Assembly: GCA_963920595.1 (NCBI GenBank)
Contig: OY986946.1
Location: 1,302,001-1,366,000 of the forward strand
Length of the DNA: 64,000 bases
DNA from: Eimeria praecox
Lineage: Eukaryota
Direction of reading: 5' to 3'
Shown here: positions 1-12,900 of the stretch, piece after piece
Numbering within the stretch: the first letter of the stretch is position 1
Layout of the letters: each line of letters begins with the position of its first letter
Made by a program: the position numbers and the translations under genes
The notes under the pieces: generated by a model
Told to the model about the DNA's origin: nothing
Databases searched by the model: none
Seen by the model: only the letters and a program-made list of their open reading frames with translations

Positions 1-911
1 TCTTTCGCTGCGACGCAGCTCCAGCAGGCAAACAAGGGCTCGCTTTAAGCTAAACCGTTCGTTCTGTAGGGCTTTATTTTGACCTGTGCCTGCACGTAAA
101 CGAACTGCTGCTCCTGCTATTGCTGTTGGCTGCTTTCAGCAAAGTTTACACCTGGGCCCGACGCACGTTCTGGTGAGTGGACATTTCTTTGTTTATTACG
201 TAATCTCCACAATTAGAGGTATCAACGATTGGCTGACCGGGAGCAAGACAGGCATAGCACGCAGCGAGGCGTTTGCTTTGTTGTGTACGCATGCCTACCT
301 ACTTTCCTTGCATCGTTTGCTTTACACGTTGCTTGTGTGTACTGTGTGATCTGCAGAAGGCTTTAGCTTCGCCCAATCAAGTGAGTCAGGGGTCGTAGAA
401 CGGCGCGAGATCGTACATTTGCGGCTGCTGCTGGGATGCACAAAACTGCATCTCAGGGAGATACGGGAAGATATGGGGGGGTAGTTAATCCGGTTTACTT
501 AAATTGCGACCCCTAACCGCTTCCTCCAGCTCTTCCCGCCCTGTCTGAATGCTCGTAGCCTTGTGGGGCCTCTATTTTGATTTCAGCTGTGTGTATGCGT
601 GTGTGTGCGTTTGCGTGTGAATCTATCTGTTTGATTCTCTCCAAAGGATGGTGGAACGTCGGACTGAGGAGTGAGGCCTTAGATCTAGACGTGTTAAATG
701 CCAGTTGTTCCGTCTTGTGTCTCATCTCAACTAGCCACCCTGTTGTTTTTCATCCTCTTCACTATAGAACGAGCGCTGCTGGCTAGGGCGTTTGCTCGGC
801 TTTAGTCGATGGTTTGCTTAGCGCATGCACAGGAATGCCGCTGGCGGCGGTGCCTCTGTGCGCGCCTCCTAGTCATGTCTGTGCGTGAAATGCGGTGGTG
901 TGTCTGGGCAG

Positions 912-3900
912 GCCTAACGCTGAATTTTCCCGACGGCAAGATAAACAACGCTTTTCTGAACGTGACTGTGGAGGGTTACAGCTCCGGGGACCTGGCGGGG
1001 ACCGCGCTGTTGGCAGTGTTGGAGGCACAGACGGAGTTCGACACGAGGTGCAACACTCAGCTCAACACAGCAAAGGCTGACGGTGTTACCTACCCTGGGG
1101 ATTTCGATGACGATCAGCAGCTGCTGATATTCACGGTCCCTGCTCCCACAGTCCGCTCCAAACTATGTCTCTACAATCGCATCACCGAGTACTTCACCGA
1201 CATTATTAGCCTCGGGCAAGCCCCTGTGCCTACGCGGCCTGAGACAGTCTCTGCGAGGGAGGGCCGCTGCTCTCTGGCACCCAAGGGAGACTGTGTTATA
1301 GGCCTCTATCCGGACTCAACCACTATCGACCAGCCCTGGGTGAGCGCGAACTTTGTTGCTGCTGCAGCGCAGCAGGCATGCCTGCTGCAGGAGGTCTTCT
1401 GGCTTCAGTGCAGGCGCTTTCGCAGGCCTACATGATCTCACGGGCGGAAGAGCTGCGACTTGCTTCGATCATTCTGCCTTCAGTCGAGGATGATTCTATG
1501 CATGCATGCATGCACATGCAAATGTTGTTTCGGATGCTGCAGGAAGCGTTTTATCCGAGCACTGTCGCTGTGAAGCTACTGAAAGGCAAAGTGAATTGCC
1601 CTGATGACCCTTCGCATCCTGACTTCGACGTTTTCGCGGGCGACCCGGAGGATACTGCGGCTTTGCTAAAGGCCTCTGCGGTGGCGATGACTTTGACGGA
1701 TGCAGATTCTTCCAAGGTGATGTTCTCGGTAGCGCCGAAACTCAAACGATGGGTTGCCGACGCCGAAATTGCTACAATCTGCATGACCCAAGAAGGACTG
1801 AAAAATCCGACAGAGACCTGCTGGGAAAGCGGGCGATGCACTCAGCGTCTTGGCTACATGCGCTGGACAGGTAAGGATGTGTCGGCACCGGAGATTGCAC
1901 GAGAGGGGCCGTAGCGCCTGCGGGTCCTCAGCGGTTCTAAGAAACCTTACATTTGCAGATTGTGTCATGCTGAGGAGCTTGAGGTGGCTACTTGCTACAT
2001 GGTTTGCCTTGAAACGAAGGATGTGGGGCCAATTTTATGGCTGCTTGCGCTGGGCTGATCGTCACTCCTGCAGGTCCGACGGCAGGATACGACCAGTTCT
2101 TCATGTGCCACTATGGGCAGCCATGCAAAATCGAGATCCGTGGGGTAAACATGAGCTTTGTCAGCATGCATTACAGTCGTTTAGCGGCGCTTGACATTTG
2201 TGGGGTGAGTGCGTGCCCTTGGATGGACCTGAACAGCCTCACTACTGAAGCCGAAGGGCGCAAGCCCTTCCCCACCATTTGCGCTCAATCCTTACTGTTA
2301 ATCGCTGCTAGCAGAGGCCCCTTTTGCTGTCTATGCCACCTCAAGTGGACGCATTGCTCATAGAAGCCGGTAGAAGTCAACAGTCGTTGCTGGTATAGGT
2401 GTAGGTGCATGCAATGGGTGCTTGCCCGTGTACAAGTGCAAGTTCGTTGCGTTGGATGTCTGTCAATTCAGAAAGTCTCAGGGGAAGGAAGCCTTCCTCT
2501 TTTGAATGCTTTTGGGGGTGTAGACCTGTCACTGCCTTCGGACGACGCAAGCTTTTTGCAGATCTCATCCGCCGGCGCGCTTGCCCAGGAGGGTGCGGGG
2601 GGCGTCGCTGCTGGTGAGTGCCATGTTATAGACAAGATGTGTATTCCTGCGTGGAATTCCCGAGGCTTCGTTGTGTAATTGTGGGGCCGCGCGGCTCACC
2701 GCGTCGGTTAGGAGTACGAAGGCAGACAATTTTAAGCTGCACTTTGGCCGGGGGAGGACAGACTTTGCTTGCAGAACCTTGGGCGTGCGCATTCAGGGCC
2801 TCCATCCTCTTTTGAGGCCTTGGAAGAACGTGCGGAACAGGTCTCAGGCACCGTATTCCAGGAAATGAAGAGCACTGTCACTCTACACACTTCGACGGCA
2901 ATATTCTTCGAGCTGAACGCTACTACCAGCCGTGACAGCCTGCAGCTGTGTTGGAATCCATCCGTGGGTTCCATGCACAACCTGCTGGACCACACTGTGT
3001 CAGTAGGCCGCGTTCTCTTCCTCCCTCGGCCCTCCTTACAATGTGAGGAGCACACATTCCGCAGGATTCGTTCTCCCTCACCATTTTTGTGTTGGTCCCT
3101 GCATTGCTCCCGATGCTTAGCAGAATAAGGAACAAACACAAGTAGCAGAACAAACGCGGAGAGATAACAGGAGCAGAGGAGAAAGGACACTGGCATCGAG
3201 CCATCTAGATAAAAACAGAGGGGCCCACGATGGCCCTCACATACAATTCGCGGCACTCAGAGACTATCAGAAGCATAAGACTGTGGAGTGTGGGAGTGTG
3301 CTCGACCCTCTGCTGCCCTTATAAAGGAGCCCCGATGATACATGAGGGCGCATGAGTGTTTGCAGCGGACTGTGTGCATGTATATTCGCTGCAGCTGTGA
3401 AGTTGCCGCCTGTGCTGTTTCAACAGTCGCCTGAGGCTGTGACACTGACGGTTTCAGCCCAGCTGAAGCCTCTTTACATTTTGGGGTCTTCTAGAGTCTA
3501 CTTTAAGCGTGCCCCCACAGAGAAGGACGTAGACGCCTGCAATTACGTTGGTGACGCACGGGGGGGAGTGATTACAGCCTACATGTCGGTCACGGCGGCC
3601 AAGGAAACGGACGACGGACAGACTTTAGGAACTGTTGTTGCTGCAGTCCAGCAGGAAGCTTCGTCTATATGTTGGGCTCATTTCTTCACGCCATCCAGCT
3701 TCGCGGCGGATTCCGTGAATGCGTAAGCTCAACAGATGCCTCATCAGCTAGGGGCATCTGGCGATAGCTATTGTGCTGCTTATTGGTGTGAGGTAAATGG
3801 ACTTCCTTAAGCGCTGAAGAGGTAATCTTCCGCCCTGCATTATGAAAGATGAAGCCTGCTTTTTACTGTCTTAGGAGCTACCTTGGGAGGCTCCCAGGAG

Positions 3901-6900
3901 TCGAATTACCGTCCTCTACCCTTGAAGTCATATGCAGCCTCGACACAGCTGCGAATTGCACGGCGACCGGCATCCTCGAGCCAAGCTCAGTTTTAGGTCC
4001 GAAGGGGCAAGTGTTGCAAAGTGTGAGTTAACCGTTCGCTGTTCCCGTTGTGATCTGCTGCTTGATAGCTGGTAGTCTGCATCATACAGTTCACTCAAAG
4101 GCGCCATCCTCATGGAGCCTTGAGGAAAATTTGGTTTGCGTTTGCTGCTTGACTCAGCTCTCTATGGTTCCTTCAAACATGAGTGTGGCGGCGGTCCCCC
4201 AGGATGCGTGTCCTCTAGACCCTGGGGATATCGACTTCAGCACTCCAACAGACGAACAGGGGCTTAGTCCGGAGCAGGTAGTAAGCAGCTTCACTTCGGA
4301 CAGAGTGACTGTAACAGTGGAGCGGGACTCGCGTATTCTGGGGACTCGCGGGTCAGCAGCTCTGTGCATAATAGACAACGACTGCATAAACCCCGACTCT
4401 AAGTCATGCGTGAAGAGTCTGGGGACAGCAAAGTGGATCGGACCGACCCAGTCAACCGCCACCGAAACACTGTGCGAACAACTGGAGGCAGGCCGTTGCC
4501 GAGTTACAATTTCAGGCTTCCAAATGAATTCCCTGGATTACAGCGTTCCCAGGCTTGCTCTTTCCAGTAACTGCTATGTGAGTCCATATAGATCCCTTCC
4601 AGTTGTAGCCTGCAGGATGTGCTTAAGGCTCATAAGCTTTAGCTGCTGCAACCATGCATGAGTAGTGGCTCGCACACTTTCTCCGTAGAGGCTGATACAG
4701 TCCGTTGGATCCGCTTAGCAGGCCCCGGACCCTTCACGCATGGCTTAGAGCACTAGATGCTGTGAATTTCCTCTTACCTGCTGTCCCTGTAGCTGTATTG
4801 GGGCGGGATGTGCAGGATCCTGACTCGACTCCTTGGCATCCAGCCGAGAACGAAGCCGCAGAGGAAGGCGCAGCGACTTTCCTAGTACCTGCAGTGGCGG
4901 GCTTTGGATACAAGTTGTGCTGGAATTCCAGCAGCTCTCCTGGGTCAACTACGGATTTTGAATCCGTACCCTTCAAGGCAAACTTTAGCTATACAGTGTC
5001 AAGCGTTACTTTTCTGCCTCTACCCGTCGTGAGAGGTGGGAACAGAACGAAGCTCTAACCTGTAGAAAGAACGGGGGCCTATATCTCAGTTCACTTACTC
5101 TACACCTTTGTGTGAGGCTAAATCGTTGTGCGTGTTTTGCCAAAGCAAGACACTCTAAGGAAAAAGAATGCTTGCATCGTCTTGAGTGGAAGTCTCGTGA
5201 AATCTCTTGTCATTCGTTCAGCGCTCACGGTTTCTAGGAAGTCGCCATTTGCTGCGAGTGTAATAATTGAAGTGAGCGCCTTGCTGGACGAGACGACTGC
5301 CAAGGCGTTTGGGGGTCGGGTGCCGGCTCAAGGCCTTTGGAGCAGCATAAGCGCCGATACCTTCACAGACGGCTCCAGCTGTAGCAGCGGCAGCAAGCTC
5401 GTCACGCTGCACAAAACACATGAAGTGAAGTTCGAAAAAGTGCTGATTCGCAACCGTCAAGACGGCTCATCTGTTGAAACAGGAACAGATGGCACAGAGG
5501 GCACGGTAGCCATTATGTCCTTGGAGGTGCAAGCTACGGAAAAGCCGACGACGTACTGCTGGACTACGGTAATTTTTGGAGGGAAATCTGCACCCGTCAG
5601 GAAAACTTGGTGAGGTGGCGACAGATCTGCAGCTGCCTCCTCGCACTGCAGATGATTTCTCAGAATGCCCCGTAAGTTTAGTTACAGCTTCACCGAAACT
5701 CTGCAAACGGTCTTTCTGCTTTACATTCTACACAGGACACCCCTTGTAAGCGTCTCAGGACCTGCGTCTGGACAGCTTGGAGGCTCCATCTCCAGCACTG
5801 CCCTGGCATTGGGCTTTGTCCCGTGCATGGCAAGCGACACAGAGACTAGTGCCTGCGTCTTCGGCGTGACTGCAGGGTCACCAAATGACCCTGCGCTGTT
5901 TCCTGTCAACGAGGTCAGTGCGTAAGGAAAAGCCTGAGCACTTATCGAAAGAGGATGGGCGCTGGGCCTGTTCTCTTCTCAAGCCCACTGACCCCGCCGC
6001 TGTCCCCACGTGCGTCTCACTCCCCATATGCATCTGTACCGTGAGCATTCCAGATGTTTGGTGTTGATGTTGTCATTGCAGCCGTGGATCCTTCCAGAGC
6101 AAAGCAGTGTGTTTTTGCTCCCTGGGGAAGCCGAGTGCCCCGATGAAAATAGCGCTCTCTATGATAGTGCTGTGGGCCTGGAGGACTCCGAGCTAAACTT
6201 CGGCTCGCCGTTGAGTCTCTCAGCCGAACCGATATCTGATGATGAGGTGGTGGAGTACATGACGTACAGGTTTGGCTCTGGGAGAGCTTGGCTGTCTCAG
6301 AACGGCTCCTCCACAATATGCTGGCGGGATGATGGCACTCGGAAGTCGACAAAAATCGGTCAGGCGCTTTGGGTAGGACCTCTTTATCCGAGGAAGGCCT
6401 TACAAATATCCTGTTCTCACAGCGGCGTCTGTCCAATAACCGTTCAGGGCAAAAACCTTACAAAGCTAGACCACTCTTTCAGTAGGCTGGCAATTCTGCA
6501 GAGGTGCGGAGCCGCCAAGGGCCTTGGAACTGCACAGCTTCGGTCTGCAAAGGTTGGGGCTTCAAGCTTCCTTATCTTGGGTTCTAGCACCTCTGGAGGG
6601 TTCCTGACAGAGGAGGACCTGGAGCCGGGTATGGCATTAACCGCAGTACACAGATTTGAAAGTACATTGACCCTGTTGAATTATTTGAACTTGAGAGTGT
6701 GAACAACTCTGGGGAGAACTGGGAGGCCTTCTCTGTAGTTTTGAATCTCTGGGGCATTCTGCGAAATGGTAATTCTTACCCGGGTTCTATGATTGGCTGT
6801 TTGTTCGCAGTGCATTTTTGGGCACTATCCGACAAGTTTTTCCGCACGCGCTGCAAGCAGGGTACAGCTACCGAGTTTGTGGAGGCCAAGTGGGTGGATC

Positions 6901-9900
6901 TGCAGGGGGTCTGCGGGCAGATGGATGTTGCGGATTTGCTGAACGCTTATTGCGAGGGCAAGACACTTTGCTTCTTCATGCCCGTCGCTCATGGTTCTTC
7001 CGAGCCGACCGGAGACACCGATGCTGCCTTGCAAGTGACTTTCGCTGACACCTGTGGCGACACGGGCACAAGGAAGCTTTTTGGCATGTATCGCTGCGTC
7101 GGTACGTACTGATGGATAGGTACCTAGCGGGTGTACGCGGCAAAGCGCCCTTCCGTACCTCTTCAAAGGGGTAGCACAGAGCCGCGCGCTCGCCAGTGTA
7201 ACGCTGCACACTTCGGCACTACATCTGCAGAGAATGCTTTGCTACTGGTTCGACCTCTGGAGATGTTCGTTTTGTCTCTCGTGGATGCTTGTTCAGATGT
7301 TAGAAATTCTTCAGCGGACGAGGAGCACCAATCAGCAGGCGAGCTGGACGAGGGTGTGGTGATGATGGAGCTGTCCACCAACGCGCAAGTCAGGCACAGC
7401 ACAAACGAGGGTACCAGGGCAGGACTCCGGCAAGGACTCGGATCTGGATATTCCATTGAGGACATTTTTGGCTCTGATGAAAACGGGTCTGCCATCAATG
7501 GAAGCAATTCTGTCGCCGGTGCAATTAGTTCTGTCCCTGAGGAAACCGATTCTGTTTCCGATGAAAGCACTTCTATCTCCGGTGAAAGCGATCCTGTCTC
7601 CGATGAGAGTATTTCTTTCTGGGCCCCACAGGGCTCGCCAGGGCTTTACGAGATTTGCTGGAACCCTCAAATCATTCGTAACGATGACCCTTCCGCCTAC
7701 TCAGAGTCCCTAGGTATCATCGAGGTTCGGCCCGTCCTCTCCATCGTTGGTAAGCATTTTCACTCCATGCTGCAGCTTTGAAGTAAGCATACATATTCAG
7801 CGGCGCGGTGGTGTTGTATATATCAGTAATCAGGAGGACCGCACACAGGGGAGATGCTGCCTACAGGGGAGGGGGGGGGGGGGCAGTGAGCGTGACTGCG
7901 AAGGTCTCGTCCTCAGGTAGAAGGGTCGCTGCATGCGATTGTGCGTGTGACCGTTCCTGCAGATGAAGCGGTCGTCTGCTCGGGCACTGAGCTTAGCACG
8001 TGCACCTTTCAGCTGACTGTGGCAGCTCAAGAAAATATGGGAGGTAACCGATTGTTGGGTTTGCTGATAGAAGATCAAGATGGGACTCCGACATGTACGA
8101 CGCTTACTGAGGAGCAGCTATCGGCTGCTGTCGTCTTGCCCCACCAGTCGGCGTGGACTACCACGAGCTCTCTGACTGAATTGACCTATTCTACGCAGCT
8201 GCCACCGGAGAGTCGGAAGCTATGTGTTGTGGCTATGGACACGGACTTGAAGACCTTCGGTACACCGTAGGTTTAGCACATACCTGCATGCAATGCTTTG
8301 CCAGCGCCGTACTAGTAAAACCAGGGGCTTCTGGGTCATTCCATTGGGGGACTGCATGCTGCTGCTGCTGGGAAAGCAGCAGCAACAGCAACAGTAGCCG
8401 TAACAGTAAAGCGAAGGTGAGATACCTGCATGCACCGTCATTTTGTTTTTCAGGCAGTATGTGGGCAACATTCCGGGGTCATCTGCTCCTGCAGAGCTTC
8501 TCAATGGCCAGGGAATTTGTTTAGTTGGTGACAAGCAGCAATGCGAAATTAAGATTGCCCCTGAAAAGGTCTCCAAATATTACGCTCTTGACAACCGCAG
8601 TCCTGACGAGGACGAGACCAGCCCCTCTTTCGATGCATTCGCCAACTTGGTGCGTGCTCCATTCAGCGCTGCTTGGTCTGGCACAGACTGTTGCATGTTT
8701 AGCGTGAATGCGGGTTGTGGCTTTCCCTTCCTAACAGGCATTAGTAGCAACCGCTGTGATAGTTGCGAGGGGTGCGGCTGTGGGTTTTGGATGGGGAACC
8801 CTGCTCTGCTGTCTGATTGTCTTGCTCATACCACTCAGGAACCGCATCTCGATCCATCTTCAAGTCTGTATGCGTTTGAAGGTGATGTGGCCTGTCCTGA
8901 GAGCTCGTCGGATGAAATGTATGTGAAGGCTACCGAAGCCATCTCTAACGGTGTCACAAAGTTGACCTTGGCCGCTTCAGAGATCGATGGTCTAACATTT
9001 CGCTTGACGACTGAGCAGAACAAGTGGCTTACCTCTTCCACTGGTGTGACTCTATGCTGGGCACTGCCATCCTGCTCTGGCGATCCTTTGAAGAACGGAT
9101 CGCGGCCATGCACAAAGCGAGTTGGAATGCTTACATGGGCCGGTAGGCGCTGAATGTTGTGAATTCTGATCCTAATGCACACCTCAAGTGCTAATTAAGA
9201 CTGACTTGCAATATACGCTGCTCTCAACAAGGCAGCGAGCGGTGTTGGCCTGCCGCTCCTTTGTAGTAGCGAATGAGTTCACACACACCTTGCATAGGCC
9301 TTAGCGCTCATATCGTGTGTTGGGACCGTCTTGAAGCTGTGCTGCATGCAGTGCTTCCTGAGCATTTATGTCTCCTTTTCATTTCTCCCGTTGCTGTGCC
9401 TCAGGCCCTGTCGTCAAGAAACCACTGCCTACTATCCGGTGCAGACTCGACCAGCCTTGTGCGTTTGTAGTAGCAGGGGTGAAACTGGCATCGATGAGTC
9501 ACGAGATGAGTCGAGTGGCTTTTGTGAAGTCTTGTGGGGTAGGTCAGCCCACAGCACCCTTCCGGACGATAGCGAGATGAATGCGTGCTGTGGCCAGGAC
9601 GCTAAAGCGCGTTTAAAGCACCTGGTTCCTGTGCATTCAGAGCTCTGAGGGTCCTGGCATTGGCATCGTGACGGAGTTTCCCCAGGGTTATACTTCTGCC
9701 GCCTTTGAAGAGGGTAATACCTCTCTATCCGCAACACCATAGGAGGAGAGAACTTTGGAAACAGCTCCTGCATCCTACAGCTGTCGCCTCAGAGCGCAAG
9801 CGTCAAATCAAGTCTTATACCATGGTGCGGGCGTGTGCCTCAATTCAGGATGGGCAAGCCAACCGAGCTTTGTAGAGCGTAAATCAAGGCGACCGAGGCG

Positions 9901-12900
9901 CAGAAGCAGTTACCCGGCAGGCAGGCGGAAGCAGCTACCGCGTTTGGAGGACGGGATTGTATCCTTACTGCAGCAGGACGACAAGGAGCTATTATCAGTT
10001 GACAGCATGACTGTTATTTCGCCGCTGCCTGTGGACGATAGTTTGGCAATATGTTGGAACGGTTTACGGGAACCCACGGACCGGCTGGAAGACTTTACCC
10101 TTGAGATTGGCAAGGCGGTGGGATACGGTGAGGCACAGTGCATGATCTATACCTGGCATCTTGCGGTTGAGCCATGCTCTGTGCCTGCCAGCAGTAGTCC
10201 ACAGGGCCATCTCCAAGATTTGACTGCCACCTGGATGAGTTGCATTTTATGCTTTACCTCTGTACAGGCGTCAGCGAAATAACTGCCTTCTGTGTCTCGG
10301 GCTCCGTTTGTGGTATCGATGTCATTACAAAGGGTTCCTTTCTGGCTGAGGGAGTTTTAAAAATACAGGCCTTCAACGGAATCTGTGGAGATGAAGCTGC
10401 GGTTGCGCTAGAGCTCCCGGACGGAGGTAGGATGCGCAAGTGCGCGTGCAGCTGTTGACATATAAAGCGGTTCCCCCCCGCCCTCTTATTAAGCTTGAGT
10501 TTTCGGCCTATATGGGATACGGCAGCGTGGCTAGAATCTGTGTTTCTACTCAGGACGATTCAGATTCTCGAGCGGGACAACATATTCCTTTTCCTCGCCG
10601 ATTAGAGCCGAGGGACGGGAGCTTGCAGAGTATGAATTGTGCTGGTGTGACACGCAATCGACGCCTGAGTGCAACGTGACAGACTACACCGACAATGTCG
10701 GGTCTCTACTGGTTCAGTGTGAGTCAGGAACGTTCCCCATGCAGCTGCCTCTGCCTCTGTGCCTCATAACATCGGTTTCAGCACACCGGACAGCGTACCT
10801 AGGCGGTGCCTTAGTTTGTGACAAGTAAGGGGGGGCAGGCCCACAGCAAACAATAGCACAGCAATTTTCAGGAGCAAACCTGTCATGTGCTTTGTTAATC
10901 TTTCTCAGCTATGGAGGAGCTACTAGTGATGTGCATAAGGGATTCAGGTGCCGTATGCACAATAAGCCTCCCCGCTATAATGGAGAGGGACTCGTTGTTG
11001 TACATTTCCAAGCTGACGAGCAGTTCGCCAGATACGTGCACAACCCCCCTTTACCTTCTACCAACGAAACGCGGATTTGTCCTTAACGACCAGCTTGAGA
11101 TTACCGTTGCATTCAGCTCTTTGGAAGTCGCCGGACTTGTTGGCATGCCTCTGGCAATTTGCTGGACCGAGCACGCAAATATCGCTGCAAGCAGCATTCC
11201 CGCGTGGAGTACCTCGTTCATTGGTAGACTTGTCTTTATCGACTCTAAAGCCAGTTCGAATACTGCATATGCCGGCGTGCCTCCGATCGTCCGCATCGAT
11301 GTCATTGGCTGGGGAGGAGACCAAGCAGCACAAGACAGCTTGCCACTCTCCTTGCAACAGCTCTACCTTAAGGAGAAAGGAACTTGCGCATCTGCAGATT
11401 CAAGCATTGCAGTTCCCCTCACTGTGCAATCAGTAGAGGCAGTGAATGGTAAGGCACCATATTCACACACTCTTGTGCATGATAATGGCGGCTTGTAAAT
11501 CAGTAGCAAAGCGAACTCACCATGTTGGGTTGTGCTGATTCTTAGGGGGAACCGGCATTCAAATCACCTTCGGGACGTCAGAAGTTATTGAACTTGTTGT
11601 TCTGGGGACAGACACAAGCGTGCATGAACTTTCTCTCTGCTGGTGCTACGACGATTTGATGTGCGCCAACCCGGAAGATTTTGACATAGAGATCTTAAGG
11701 CTGTCGTACTGGGCTCCAGCCTCAGGGGTGTCGCATGAATGTACCTACGACACTACCTGTCTCCTGGGGATCAGGGATATGCCAATGCAGGAATTCGTCT
11801 CATTCCTTCCCCAGCTCCTCATCCGCTCTGACTGTGCAGGTGAATGCACGTTAACATGCGAAATGTTGGGGGATTTCGTCTAAAAAGTAGGCGCCTTGCC
11901 AATGCTCGCTTGTTTGCAGTGAGTGTCCTCATTGTTTATGGCTTCAGTGGGCAATGTTATGTTTTGCAGACGACTCGGTGGATGAGGGACTCCCCAACGG
12001 AGGCAGGATGTCAGTGCGATTGACCGCAGCAAACTCTGGTGATTTGGACACAAGTTCTGCATTTGAATGGCACATGTATGGATTCACGTCACTAGTGAAT
12101 CGCGAACTGGCTCTTGGAGGCCTGCGGCAGGTGCAGAAAATGATATGCTACTGCACTGACTCAACAACATGCACGCCGGATCGTCTGGTTAACATTGGGC
12201 AATTGACTATAAGAGGTGAGGCTTTGAGGTGGTGTCTGTCGTCATTCATCTTTCGGCAAAGTTGTAACACAAGATTACACCACATCGTATGTTGAATTGA
12301 TGCGCCTTTTGCTCTTGGCGCAGACGTATGGAATACCGAGTTTCGCGTGTCTTTAGTACAGCGCATTAAGCTGCCGTTTACCGTCAGCAGTCCATTAAAG
12401 CAGCAAGACAGCGGGCGGAAACTGGTGGTGACACGAGGGGAAAGTTCGCTTCCTTGCGTCTTGGAGCAGCAAGCCGACGTGTGCACGGTTAGCTTTCAGG
12501 ATTTTCCAGCAGACACCCTGTCATCTCCTGCCCCGGCCACTCTCCAGTATTACGATTCAAGCCTTCCACAAGATGCGGTCGACACTCGCCCTGTTCCTTA
12601 TGTGGCAATAGCTTCTCTAGTGCCAGCAGGTGCGTAGTAATTTGCATCCGCTGTGCAAGCATTAACGAGCGTTCTCAAACTGGGGTCTTACGCAGCACCC
12701 TTCAAGAAACTTGTGGCCGCTTCTCTGTGTTTGTAATATCGGCAGGCCCATGGAAAGCTGACTACACATTCTTGTGCCTTATCGGTGGATCCTGCGAGGT
12801 CACAATAGATATCGTGAATTGGCGAGCAGAAGATAAGGTAGCCTTGCTATCACAATGCGGAAATAGTGGGACGGGTGAGGTGGGCCTGAACCAGATATCA

